NCBI GenBank assembly: GCA_965213675.1
Contig: OZ243916.1
Location: 2,400,001-2,464,000 of the forward strand
Direction of reading: 5' to 3'
Origin: an uncultured Candidatus Binatia bacterium
GTDB lineage: Bacteria > Desulfobacterota > Binatia > UBA9968 > JAJDTQ01
DNA length: 64,000 nucleotides
The notes beneath the pieces were generated by a model. It was not told the origin of the DNA. It ran no database searches and saw nothing but the letters and a program-made list of their open reading frames with translations. Position 1 is the stretch's first letter. Every line of letters begins with the position of its first letter. A program made the translations under genes and the position numbers. This document shows, piece by piece, positions 38,861 to 48,915 of this stretch.

Positions 38861-40099
38861 ATGGCCAGCATCAAGCCAATCCGCACCGAAGGGGATTACG
38901 AAGCAGCTCTTGCTCGGATCGACGAGCTTATGGATGCCTTGTCGGGTCCGGAGGGGCAGGTGGAGGATGCCGACGACCCGGACAGGGTCGAGCTCGATGT
39001 CCTCACCGATCTGGTGGAGTTCTACGAGGAACGGCATCACCCCGTCAGTCTTCCCAGCGCCGTCGCCGCCATCGAGTATCGCATGGACCAGCAAGGCCTG
39101 ACACAGCGCGACCTCATACCCCACATCGGGAGCCGCAGCAAAGTCGCGGAGGTCCTGTCGGGCAAGCGGGACATCACCATGTCGATGGCACGCGCACTCA
39201 ACCGACATTTGAACATCCCTGCCGATGTGTTGCTCCAGAAGCCGGGCAGTAACCTGGATGCCGCGTTCAATGATCTGGCGCCGCGCCGATTTCCACTCAA
39301 GGAGATGGCCAAGCGGGGATGGATTCCGGAATTGCCTGACTTGGCCGACCGGGCCGAAGAGTTGATCGGCGGGTTGATTCATCGAGCGGGAGGGTTCGCC
39401 GCCGTCCCGCTGTACCGCAAGAACGACAACCGTCGAGTCAACGCCAAGACCAACGAATACGCGCTCAAGGCATGGTGCTGGCATGTAATGGCCTCGGCCA
39501 ACGAGCGCAAGTCAGAGGTCCCCTACGAGCCCGGTGTCGTCACTATGGACTTTCTCCGCCGTGTCGCACAGTTCAGCCCCCATGAAGACGGCCCCCTCCA
39601 GGCAAGGGACTTCCTGAGAGAGCACGGCATCGGCATCGAATTTGTGCGGCACCTGCCGAGAACCTATCTTGACGGCGCTGCATTGCGGCTCGCCAGCGGT
39701 AGGCCAGTCATAGGACTGACGCTACGCTACGACCGCATCGACAACTTCTGGTTCTGCCTGATGCACGAACTGGCCCACGTTGGGCTGCACCTTGACGGCA
39801 ATGAAGACGACTCCTTCATCGATGACCTGACACTCCGGGACACGGTCGGCGCGACGGACCCGACAGAAACGCAGGCCGACCAATGGGCCGAAGAAGCGTT
39901 CATCCCGCTCGACGTTTGGAAAACAACCGAGGTTCGGAAGCATCCCACGCCTTTCGCCGTCATGAGTCTGGCGAATGCTTCGCAGATTCATCCAGCCATC
40001 GTCGCAGGCAGAATTCGGCATGAACGGCAGAATTACCGGCTGTTGTCGCAGTTCGTCGGCACGGGCAAGGTACGGAGACAGTTGGGTGCAACAGCATGA
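38861..40099 (+). CDS. higA: HigA-type HTH antitoxin fused to an ImmA/IrrE metallopeptidase domain
   Basis: IKPIRTE.DY..AL, HTH GLTQRDL..IGSRSKV.EVL.GKR, and LTLRYDRIDNFWF.L.HELAH. Confidence 0.85.
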   Translation: MASIKPIRTEGDYEAALARIDELMDALSGPEGQVEDADDPDRVELDVLTDLVEFYEERHHPVSLPSAVAAIEYRMDQQGLTQRDLIPHIGSRSKVAEVLSGKRDITMSMARALNRHLNIPADVLLQKPGSNLDAAFNDLAPRRFPLKEMAKRGWIPELPDLADRAEELIGGLIHRAGGFAAVPLYRKNDNRRVNAKTNEYALKAWCWHVMASANERKSEVPYEPGVVTMDFLRRVAQFSPHEDGPLQARDFLREHGIGIEFVRHLPRTYLDGAALRLASGRPVIGLTLRYDRIDNFWFCLMHELAHVGLHLDGNEDDSFIDDLTLRDTVGATDPTETQADQWAEEAFIPLDVWKTTEVRKHPTPFAVMSLANASQIHPAIVAGRIRHERQNYRLLSQFVGTGKVRRQLGATA

Positions 40100-40139
40100 A
40101 GTTGCTGCACGGAAATAGCTCAGGTGGCGTTCCCCGGGT

Positions 40140-40607
40140 TTGGTGGACAGATTAGTTAAGCTGCCGGTGCCATCCGTTCGAAGCCAGCTGGTGTCTGGTA
40201 GCCGAGGGTGGAGTGGACGGGCAGCCCTGTATCAGAGCGTGAAGGGCGTGGGAGAGCTCACCGCGGCAACCCTGCTCGGGTACTTGCCCGAACTGGGCCA
40301 AGGGTGCGGCAAGGGCTTGACCTCCTTGGCAGGCTTGGCACCATGGTCTCACGACAGCGGCAAGCGCCAAGGCTACCGCGCCATCCGTGGAGGCCGTGGC
40401 ACCGTCCGTCGGGCCTTGTACATGGCCGCGCTGTCTGCCATACGCTGCAACCCCGAACTCAGCGGTTTCTATCGCCGGCTGCGGCACCGCGGTAAGCCTG
40501 GAAAGGTCGCCCTCGTGGCCGTCATGCGCAAGCTCTTGTTGCTACTCCATGCCATCGCACGCCGCAGTACCCCATGGGTACCCTCCCTCCGCCCTGAAAC
40601 CACTTAG
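40140..40607 (+). mobile_element. IS110-family transposase C-terminal remnant
   Basis: SVKGVG..TAA..GLAP..DSG..GG...R.ALYMAA..FY.RL..GK..K.A.VA.MRKL; N-terminal DEDD domain missing. Confidence 0.85.
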
Positions 40608-40628
40608 CCCTTGTTTCCCATCACAGAT

Positions 40629-40745
40629 ACTCCCGCGAAAGCTTGCCCTCGACCTCGATCGGGGGCGGGAATCCAGGGGTGGGGCGGCGGAAATCCAGCC
40701 TTTCCCCGCCTCGCCTCACCTGGATTCCCGCCTTCGCGGGAATGG
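40629..40745. repeat. Degenerate REP-like inverted pair
   Basis: CTCCCGCGAAAGC..GCGGGAATCCAG..CTGGATTCCCGCCTTCGCGGGAATG. Confidence 0.7.
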
Positions 40746-40781
40746 CGGAATGAGAGCATCGGACTTTTGTAGAGCCCCGCG

Positions 40782-41116
40782 TCAAGCCGTCGCCAAGACG
40801 TGGGAGAGAGCCTTCCTGACGGCGCGAGCGTCCCACGCCGACAACGCGCCGATCCTGCGAACGATCAGACCGTCATCGACGGTGAAGAGCTTGAACCGAA
40901 CCTTGCAGGGGACATTGAGGCCCACTTCTTGCCAATCCTGAAGCGCCACGTCGCTCGGCCAGGGACACTCACCGAGGTAATCATGGCCGCGATCGATTGC
41001 TCGTGAGCGGCGTTGGAGTCCGCCGAAGAGACGACCAGAGCCGGCCGGCGCTTGCTGGTCTGGCGGTCCGTGAAGGGGAAAGGGACAACGATCACGTCGA
41101 ACGCGTCAAAGGTCAC
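40782..41116 (-). pseudogene. PemK/MazF toxin, frameshifted near 40962
   Basis: FDVIVVPFPFTD..KRRPALVVS..MITS, continuing in another frame as WPSDVALQDW..GL..KLFT.D..IG.L to TGA 40782. Confidence 0.8.
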
Positions 41117-41330
41117 GCCACGCTTCCTCGTCCTCTGGAGAGACCCATTCGCTGAGAACTCCGGAGAGGCCCTTCAGGTAGTCGTCCTCTGCCGGAATGA
41201 CCTTGCGAACCACGACATGATCAGCCGCGATCTCGAAAGTGATCAGGTCACCCTCCCGGAGGTTCGCCGCTTGGCGGATCTTCTTGGGAATGGTCGTCTT
41301 CCCGCGTGAGGTAATCCTGGCGAGTTCCAT
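41106..41330 (-). CDS. AbrB/MazE-family antitoxin
   Basis: MELARITSRGKTTIPKKIR..L.EGD..EW.SPEDEEAWRDL. Confidence 0.85.
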   Translation of the reverse strand: MELARITSRGKTTIPKKIRQAANLREGDLITFEIAADHVVVRKVIPAEDDYLKGLSGVLSEWVSPEDEEAWRDL

Positions 41331-41440
41331 TTTCCTGCCTCCCAATATTCGGAAAATAAGTAATACAGAAATGCAGCGCAACCATGGGCTACCATCCCGG
41401 TCCGGACTCCCATGGTTGACCGGCTCGCTCCGCTTCCCCT

Positions 41441-42685
41441 ATGGTGGCGGCCATGCTGCGGCCCTACCTGAGACGCGCCCATGCCCGCGCCGAGAAGCGC
41501 TGGGCCCGGGAGGTGGAGCGGTGCGTGACGGTGGACCATCTGCGCCAGGTGATGGAAAAGCGCGTGCCGCCCATCGTCCGGGAATATTACCGCGGCGGGG
41601 CGGATGACGAGATCACGCTGCGGGACAACGTCGAGGCCTTCCGGCGGGAACGGTTCAAGCCGCGGTCCGGTGTGCGCCTGGACTCGGTGGAGCTCCGCAC
41701 CGGCATCCTCGGGCACGAGATCGCGCTGCCCGTGATCGCCGGGCCCATCGGCAGCCCCCGGATGATCTGGCCCCGGGGCGAGGCCGTCGCCGCCCGGGCC
41801 GCGGGCGAAGCCGGCACCATCTGCACGCTCTCGACGCTCACCGGCACCGACCTGGAGGAAGTCCGGGGCGCCACCCAGGGACCGTGCTGGTTCCAGCTCT
41901 ACCTCATCGGGGGCGAGGACGTGGCCGCGCGCGCCATCGCGAGAGCCAGAAACGCGGGCTACTCCGCCCTCGTCCTCACCATCGATACCGCGGTCCCCGG
42001 GAACCGGGCGCACCACGAGTGGCTCGGCGCCGGGCGCGCCATCAACGGGACACCGGCCCAGAAGCTCCGGTTCGCGCCGCAGATGCTGCGGCACCTCTCC
42101 TGGCTCAAGAGCTACTGCCACGACGGCGGGATGATGCGGTTCCGCAACGTCATCCTCGAGGACGGCACACCCATGCCGTACACCGACATCGGCACACAAC
42201 TCCGCGCTTCCGCGGTCACTTGGGAACATATTCCCTGGGTCCGGGCCCGCTGGGGCGAGGCGCCGATCATCATCAAGGGCGTCCAATGCGTCGAAGACGC
42301 CCAACTCGCCGTCGAGCACGGCGCCGGCGCCATCGTCGTCTCCAATCACGGCGGCCGGCAACTCGACCGCGTCTACCCCACGCTCCACATGTTGAAGGAG
42401 ATTGCGCCGGCGTTGCAGGGTTCCGGCGTGAAGATTCTGCTGGACGGCGGAATCCGGTCCGGCGCGGACGTCGTCATCGCCTTGGCGCATGGAGCCCACG
42501 CCGTACTCGCGGGGCGCGCCTACGTCTACGGTCTCGGCGCGGGCGGTTTCGCGGGTGTCCGCAAGGCGTTCTCGATCATGAGGAAGGAGATCGAGGATAC
42601 CCTGCGGCTCCTGGGCTGTGCCTCCATCCATGAACTGCGGGCGGAAGACCACCTGCTACCCCATCCCTTCCGGATCCGCGCCTGA
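41441..42685 (+). CDS. FMN-dependent alpha-hydroxy acid oxidase/dehydrogenase
   Basis: YY.GGADDE, WFQLY, IIKGV, SNHGGRQLD and DGGIRSG.D. Confidence 0.92.
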   Translation: MVAAMLRPYLRRAHARAEKRWAREVERCVTVDHLRQVMEKRVPPIVREYYRGGADDEITLRDNVEAFRRERFKPRSGVRLDSVELRTGILGHEIALPVIAGPIGSPRMIWPRGEAVAARAAGEAGTICTLSTLTGTDLEEVRGATQGPCWFQLYLIGGEDVAARAIARARNAGYSALVLTIDTAVPGNRAHHEWLGAGRAINGTPAQKLRFAPQMLRHLSWLKSYCHDGGMMRFRNVILEDGTPMPYTDIGTQLRASAVTWEHIPWVRARWGEAPIIIKGVQCVEDAQLAVEHGAGAIVVSNHGGRQLDRVYPTLHMLKEIAPALQGSGVKILLDGGIRSGADVVIALAHGAHAVLAGRAYVYGLGAGGFAGVRKAFSIMRKEIEDTLRLLGCASIHELRAEDHLLPHPFRIRA

Positions 42686-42991
42686 ACGCCGTCGGGATGC
42701 GGTTGTCCGGGACAGGAGCCATTTCCTTTGCCAGACCGTGTGCGCGGCGCGGAATGAGCCGGGTTCCCGAAACCCGCTGCATTTCGCGTATGCTCGATTC
42801 GTCAATGTCCTCGCCGATGCCGTTCGCGAATCGTCCATAGTCAATGATCGTTTACGTTTTCGCGCGATGGCTGCAGCAAAAGGATCATACAACCACGTAT
42901 ACCCGGCTGTATGATCCTGCAACAAATTTTGCTAGATTCGAGATCATGCCCTCATGGTTGTCAACAGATACTCAAAAGTGGAGTTGATTAA

Positions 42992-43597
42992 ATGGGTAGA
43001 CCGAAGGAATTTGACGAAACCGAAGCGCTGATGAAAGCCATGCAACTGTTCTGGGTGCATGGGTACAAGGCGACCTCGATACAGGATCTCGTGGATGGCA
43101 TGGGCATCGGCCGCGGCAGCCTCTACGGGACCTTCGGCGGCAAACGGTCGCTCTTCATGAGAGCGCTGCGCCACTACGACAGGGAACGGGAGGAACAACT
43201 GGTTCAGTTCGCGGAGGAGAAGGAACCCTGCGAAGCGGTACTTGCCACATTCGAAGGGGTGGTCGACTCGGTGCTGTCCGACGGTGGCCGCGACGGATGC
43301 TTCCTGGTCAACACCGCACTTGAGTTATCGGCGCACGATGCGGAGATCGCCTCCGTGGTCGCGAGTGGATTCGCGGATTCCGAGAGCTTCTACCGCATGA
43401 TGATCGAGCGCGGCAAGGCCAGCAAGGCGATTCCCAAGGACGTGGACGCGCCCGCCACCGCCCGAGCATTGTTGACGCTGTTGCTTGGATTGTTCGTGCT
43501 TTCGCGCAGCCGCCCCGAAGCGGTCCTGCTGCGATCCGTGGTCAAGCAGGCGGACGCAATGATCCACGGAGCCAACGGCTCCACTCCACCCCGCTGA
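42992..43597 (+). CDS. TetR/AcrR-family regulator
   Basis: MGRPKEFD..FW..GY..TS..DL..MGI..GSLY..FG.K and GCFLVN. Confidence 0.92.
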   Translation: MGRPKEFDETEALMKAMQLFWVHGYKATSIQDLVDGMGIGRGSLYGTFGGKRSLFMRALRHYDREREEQLVQFAEEKEPCEAVLATFEGVVDSVLSDGGRDGCFLVNTALELSAHDAEIASVVASGFADSESFYRMMIERGKASKAIPKDVDAPATARALLTLLLGLFVLSRSRPEAVLLRSVVKQADAMIHGANGSTPPR

Positions 43598-43656
43598 GAC
43601 ACCGATCACCCCAAGTCCGAAATCCGCTTTCGGGCTGTCCGGGGAATCCATCCTGC

Positions 43657-45540
43657 TCACGACCGGGCCGTCGCACGTTGTGCGTCCGCCATCAGGTCGT
43701 CGGGCAAATCGTCGAATGACGTATAGTTGAGCGCGTAGAGGCGCGCATACAGACCCTTCCGCTCGGTCAACTGCCGGTGGGTGCCGGTTTCCACGATCCG
43801 GCCGTCCTGCAGCACGAGGATGCGGTCGGCGTCGCGCACGGTGGCGAGGCGATGGGCGATGACGATTCCGGTGCGCCCCTCCAGGAGCGCGGCGAGTCCG
43901 ATCTGAATCTGCCGCTCGGTGTAGGAATCGATGTTGGCGGTGGCCTCGTCGAGCACCAGCACCCGGGCGTCCGCCACCAATGCCCGGGCGAAGCTCAAGA
44001 GCTGGCGCTGTCCCAGAGACAGGTTGCCGCCCCCCTGCTCCAGCACCGTGTCGTAGCCGTCCGGCCAGCGCATGATGAAGTCGTGGGCGCCGACGATGCG
44101 AGCCGCCCGCTCGACATCGCGGTCGGCAGCGTCAATGGTGCGGAAACGGATGTTCTCGCGGATGGTGCCGGTAAACAGGAACGGGTCCTGCAACACCATG
44201 GCGATGTGCCGGCCCAGGGACGCCGCCGTGTAGTCGCGCACGTCGCGCCCGTCGAGCAGGATGGCGCCATCCCACACGTCGTAGAAGCGGTGCAGCAACG
44301 ACGTGGTGCTGGTCTTGCCGGAGCCGGTGGGTCCCACCAGCGCCACCGTCTCTCCCGGTTCGATGGTGAAGTTGATGTCCTTGAGCACCGGCTGGTTCTT
44401 TTCGTAACCGAAGGTGACGTCGCGGAACTCGATGCGGCCCTCGATATTCTCCGGAGCAATGGCGTCGGGGCGGTCGTTGATGGCCAGCGGCACGTCCAGC
44501 ACCTCGAAAATGCGCTGGCCCGAGGCCATGGCCCGCTGCATGACACTGTACTGGATGGTGAGGGAACGGATCGGGTCGAAGAACCGTTGCACGTAGAACA
44601 CGAAGGCGACCATGATGCCGATATCCAGAGTGCCACCGAGCACCTGGGCGCCGCCCACCACGATGACCACGCCCCAGGCCGCGCCGGTGAGCGTGTCGAC
44701 GATGGGCACCATGACCTGTGCGTACTGGGCCGAGCGCAGATGCGCGTTCAGGTTCTCGGTGGCCTTCTCGTCGTAAAGCACGAAGTTGGTCGCCTCGCGC
44801 CGCATGCCCTGGACCGTGCGAACCGCATGAATGCCCTCGGCCAGGGCGCCGTTGGCGATGGAATTGGTCTCGCGCGCGCGCCGGAAAGCCGCGCGCGCCC
44901 GGGGCAGCCATACCAGGCGGACAAAGAACAGCACGGGCACCACCGACAACGTCAGCAGCCCCAGTTGGAAGTCGAGCCACAACATGATGACGACAATGCC
45001 GAACAGCAGCACGAGATCGCCCAGGGCGGTGATGGAGTTCTCCAGAAACTCCTGGAGCGAGTAAACGTCCCCTTGCAGCCGCGACATCATGCGGCCCACC
45101 TCTGTCTTGTCCATGAAGGCCATGGCGACGTACTGGAGGTGGGCGAACATGGCCCGGCGCAAATCGAAGATGACCTCCTCGCCGGTGCGGCTCACCAGCC
45201 AGTCCTGAACGAAGCTGCTGGCGTAGTTCACCAGGACCATCGCAAAGAAGATCATCACGATGAAACCCAGTAGCGCGCTGTCGCCCGGTTCGATGGCGTG
45301 GTCGATGGCGTGGCGGATGATCAGGGGAATCGCCAACTGCGCCCCGGTGAAGAGCACCAAAGCAACGATGGCGGCATAGAGACGCCGCCGGTACGGATGG
45401 ACGTAGGCAAAGAAGCGCCGCACCACATGCCGGTCGAAGGCGGCGCCGAACATCTCCTCGTCGCGGCTGATCTGCGATCCCACCACGGCCCGGGGCGGAC
45501 GTCCCCGCCCTTCCCACGCCCTGGCCGCCGGGGTCGTCAT
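43657..45540 (-). CDS. ABC exporter half-transporter (permease + ATPase)
   Basis: TM domain, GPTGSGKT, LSLGQRQ, LDEAT and IAHRL. Confidence 0.92.
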   Translation of the reverse strand: MTTPAARAWEGRGRPPRAVVGSQISRDEEMFGAAFDRHVVRRFFAYVHPYRRRLYAAIVALVLFTGAQLAIPLIIRHAIDHAIEPGDSALLGFIVMIFFAMVLVNYASSFVQDWLVSRTGEEVIFDLRRAMFAHLQYVAMAFMDKTEVGRMMSRLQGDVYSLQEFLENSITALGDLVLLFGIVVIMLWLDFQLGLLTLSVVPVLFFVRLVWLPRARAAFRRARETNSIANGALAEGIHAVRTVQGMRREATNFVLYDEKATENLNAHLRSAQYAQVMVPIVDTLTGAAWGVVIVVGGAQVLGGTLDIGIMVAFVFYVQRFFDPIRSLTIQYSVMQRAMASGQRIFEVLDVPLAINDRPDAIAPENIEGRIEFRDVTFGYEKNQPVLKDINFTIEPGETVALVGPTGSGKTSTTSLLHRFYDVWDGAILLDGRDVRDYTAASLGRHIAMVLQDPFLFTGTIRENIRFRTIDAADRDVERAARIVGAHDFIMRWPDGYDTVLEQGGGNLSLGQRQLLSFARALVADARVLVLDEATANIDSYTERQIQIGLAALLEGRTGIVIAHRLATVRDADRILVLQDGRIVETGTHRQLTERKGLYARLYALNYTSFDDLPDDLMADAQRATARS

Positions 45541-45613
45541 GCGCCGCTCCCTTCCGGCCCGCCGCAGCCGTCTGTCCGGCGCGGGCGGTCCCTGCGGTCG
45601 TTGGCCGCCGGAG

Positions 45614-47563
45614 TCATGCGTCCGCTGCCTCGCGCGCCCCGGTCACGCCCGCTTCCGCGACGCGGTCCACGACATCCTGCAGGGGACCGTCGAGAGTCTG
45701 CAGGGCGAACAGCGCCGCGTAGCGGCCGCCCAGGGCCACCAGCGCGTCATGCGAGCCGCGCTCGACGATGCGGCCGCCCTCGATGAAAAGGATCTCGTCG
45801 GCATGGCGCAAGCCTCCGAGGCGGTGCGACACGATGAGGGTGGCGCAGTTGGCCGCGTGCGCGCCCAGCGCTTCACGGATGCGCTGCTCGGTGCCGGCGT
45901 CGATGGCGGCCATGGAGTCATCGAGCACCAGCACGGCCGGGCGCAGCATGGCGGTGCGCGCGATGGCCACCCGTTGCTTCTGCCCGCCCGAAAGCGACAC
46001 CCCCCGTTCTCCCACCAGCGTACCGTAGCGGTCCGGCAACTGATCGATGAATCCATCGATCTGGGCGATGGCGGCGGAGTCCCGGATCGTCCCCTCCTCC
46101 GCCCACGGATCGCCGTAGGCGATGTTGTTCTCGAGCGAGGACGTGAACAGGAACGGGTCTTGTTGTACCACGCGCACGGTGTGGCGCAGGGAATCGAGCG
46201 TCACGTCCCGGATATCGTGGCCGTCGATGAGGATGCGCCCGCCGGTCACGTCGTAGTAGCGCGGCAGCAGGCGCGCGATGGTCGATTTGCCGCTGCCGGG
46301 CGGGCCGACGATGCCGAGGGTCCTGCCCCGTTCCAACCGGAACGAGACGCCGTCCAGCACCGCGGGGGCGCCCTCCACCGGATAGGCGAAGGAGACGTCC
46401 TTGAACTCCACGACACCGTCCGTCACCTGCAGCGGCCGGGCGTCCTCCCGGTGGCGTATGGGCGGTTCCAGATCGAGCACCGCGAACAGCCGCGCGCCGC
46501 AGGTGGAAGCGCGGGCAAAGGCGTTCACCACCATGCCGAGCTGGCGCACGGGCTGCTGAAGAATGGTCATGAAGGCGAGAAACTCCGTGAGGGTGCCCAC
46601 GGTGATGACGCCTTGAATGGCGCGCGAGCCGCCGACCCACAGCACCAGTCCCATGGCCACGAAAAACGCGAAATTCATGGATGTGGCCGAGCCCACCCGG
46701 GTGCGGATGCGCCGCGCCGCCAGGGCGAAGGCATGGTCCGAGGCCTCCTGGTACTTGTCGAGCTCGTGGCGCTCCGCCCCGAACGCCCGCACCACCCGGA
46801 TGCCGGTGAGGTTTTCGTCCATGATGCGGCCCAGCACCGCCATGCGCTCCTGCAGCGCGAACCACATCTCACGCAGCCGCAAGCGAACGGTGGTGGAGCG
46901 CCACGCCACGAACGGCACGAAGCTGAGACTCAGGATGCCAAGGAACACGTCGGTGGAGAGCAGCCGGTAGGCGCCGACGCCGATGAGGATGAGGAACAGC
47001 AGCACCCGCAGCACGCCCATGTTCATGAACGAGCGCACCCCCTCCAGATCCAGCATGCCGCGGGTGATCAGTTCGCCCGTATGCACCCGGTCGTGGAAGG
47101 AGAAGTTCAGGCGCTGGAGCTTGTCGTAGAAGGCCAGCCGGAGCCGGTAGGCGAGATGATGCCCCAGGGTCTCGCCGCAATAGTTGTGCGTCAGGGTGAA
47201 CAGACCGCGCAAGGTGGCGATGCCCAGCAGCGTCAACGCGGTGCCGTAAAGATAATCCCACGCCGCCTCGTTCGACACCGAGACGCTTCCCAGGACGCCC
47301 CCGGCGCCGTCCACCGCGTTCCCCAGATACTCCGGGATCATGAGTTGGAAGACCGCCGCCACCACGGTCGCGACGGCGCCCAGCGCAAGGCGCAGCCGCT
47401 GCCGCGCCGCGAGCTTGAAGATGCGCCACAGGACCGCGAGATCATCCGCGCCGTCGCGGTCCTTGTCGATGTCCATGCCGGCGTAAGCGCGCGCGTACAC
47501 CTTCTTTTCGGGCGGCGGCTCCGCGCCGTTGCCGGAAGCCGCTCCGTTCGCCTGGGTGTCCAT
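45614..47563 (-). CDS. ABC exporter half-transporter, partner of a heterodimer
   Basis: GPPGSGKS, LSGGQKQR and degenerate Walker B LDDS; the ORF-track extension to 48691 overlaps the TauE gene and was trimmed. Confidence 0.88.
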   Translation of the reverse strand: MDTQANGAASGNGAEPPPEKKVYARAYAGMDIDKDRDGADDLAVLWRIFKLAARQRLRLALGAVATVVAAVFQLMIPEYLGNAVDGAGGVLGSVSVSNEAAWDYLYGTALTLLGIATLRGLFTLTHNYCGETLGHHLAYRLRLAFYDKLQRLNFSFHDRVHTGELITRGMLDLEGVRSFMNMGVLRVLLFLILIGVGAYRLLSTDVFLGILSLSFVPFVAWRSTTVRLRLREMWFALQERMAVLGRIMDENLTGIRVVRAFGAERHELDKYQEASDHAFALAARRIRTRVGSATSMNFAFFVAMGLVLWVGGSRAIQGVITVGTLTEFLAFMTILQQPVRQLGMVVNAFARASTCGARLFAVLDLEPPIRHREDARPLQVTDGVVEFKDVSFAYPVEGAPAVLDGVSFRLERGRTLGIVGPPGSGKSTIARLLPRYYDVTGGRILIDGHDIRDVTLDSLRHTVRVVQQDPFLFTSSLENNIAYGDPWAEEGTIRDSAAIAQIDGFIDQLPDRYGTLVGERGVSLSGGQKQRVAIARTAMLRPAVLVLDDSMAAIDAGTEQRIREALGAHAANCATLIVSHRLGGLRHADEILFIEGGRIVERGSHDALVALGGRYAALFALQTLDGPLQDVVDRVAEAGVTGAREAADA

Positions 47564-47706
47564 CGTGGCCATGTGTGGCAATGCGGCGCGTGGCAATGCG
47601 GCGCGCCGTTTCCCTCGCCGGACCCGCGGCGCGCCACCGACCAGTCGACCGTGGTTCAAGATAGTTCCTGCGCGGGCGCTGGTCAAACCGGACGTTTTCG
47701 GGAAAC

Positions 47707-48522
47707 CTACAGGAACCGGTCCAGCAGCATCATCAGCACCGCGAGCACAACCACCCCCACGACCACCGCCTGGAGCCGGCGCGGCTCCATCCGCTTGCAC
47801 AGCGCGGCGCCATAGTGAACCCCCGCCAACGACCCCGCGGACATCAATGCGGCGGCGGCGACGTCCACGTCGTGCGCGCCTTGGCCCCGGCCGATGAGGG
47901 CGTACAGCGTGGACATGACCGTCATCAGCAGCAACGCGACGAAAATCGACGTGCCCACGTAACGCGACGTCTCCCGGTAGAACAACAGCAGCGCGGGGAT
48001 GATCAGGATGCCGCCCCCGACGGAGGTCATGCCCATCACCGCCCCCACGAGGAAGATACACGGGAACTTCACCACCGCGCCCCGCCGCGAAGAAAGGAAA
48101 CGCGTATCCAACCGGTTGTAGTCGAAGAGCAGCGCCACCAGCGCGAAGCTGATGGATGCCATGACCATGTAGCTGACGATCTCCTGGAGCACCTCGACCC
48201 CGCTCGGAGAAAGCGAGACCCGGCTCCACTTCACCGCCAGGGCGCCCACCAGCACGCCGGGGACGGCGGCCAGAAAGAACCGAATGCCCACGTCGAGGTT
48301 CAGGGTCCCCTGCCGGTAGTGCCGGATGCCGGCCCAGATCTTTGTGAGAACGCCGTACAGTCCGGCCGTCCCCACTGCCGCGATGGGCTCCAGCTTGACG
48401 ACCAGCAGCAGGAACGGAACCGTCAGCACCCCGCCGCCGATGCCGGTCAGCCCGATGAGAAAACCCAGGACCACGCCGGAGACGACGAGCACGATGATGT
48501 CGGAGACGATGATCTCGGGCAT
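47707..48522 (-). CDS. Sulfite exporter TauE/SafE family membrane protein
   Basis: Two repeats GLTGIGGG and GMTSVGGG, AVGT, highly hydrophobic. Confidence 0.88.
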   Translation of the reverse strand: MPEIIVSDIIVLVVSGVVLGFLIGLTGIGGGVLTVPFLLLVVKLEPIAAVGTAGLYGVLTKIWAGIRHYRQGTLNLDVGIRFFLAAVPGVLVGALAVKWSRVSLSPSGVEVLQEIVSYMVMASISFALVALLFDYNRLDTRFLSSRRGAVVKFPCIFLVGAVMGMTSVGGGILIIPALLLFYRETSRYVGTSIFVALLLMTVMSTLYALIGRGQGAHDVDVAAAALMSAGSLAGVHYGAALCKRMEPRRLQAVVVGVVVLAVLMMLLDRFL

Positions 48523-48915
48523 GGTGGTTCAGGCCGCGAGCCGCAGCGAAACCCACGGACCCATCGGCAGGCTTGCGGTCGTCGGGGCGGGATCGGGGAG
48601 TCCCTACACTCTTAGCCCATGCGCCTCGGTCGTGTCCAGGATGGCCGGGAGTCGCGTTTGTCCGGCGCAGGGTGAGACCTGGAGAATCCATGGAACCGTG
48701 TTGACAGGCTCCACCGGCCGGCGGTACGAACTGCCCAGTGCCGTGTCCCGTAAATTCCTACGACAAGATGCGCAGGAATTTTTTGTTGCCGGCAAGGCGC
48801 GATGACGAGCAGTAGCGGGCACCACGTGAGGAAGAGCCACGCAGCCGACGACAAAAAGTCCTCCGCAGATTATGACGCGAATTAACCAGACACCACACTA
48901 GAACGCGGGCAGCTC

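Noticed and set aside
40100-40700. Active IS110 bridge-RNA element
   Set aside because: The transposase lacks its N-terminal catalytic domain; element ends and ncRNA are not identifiable by eye
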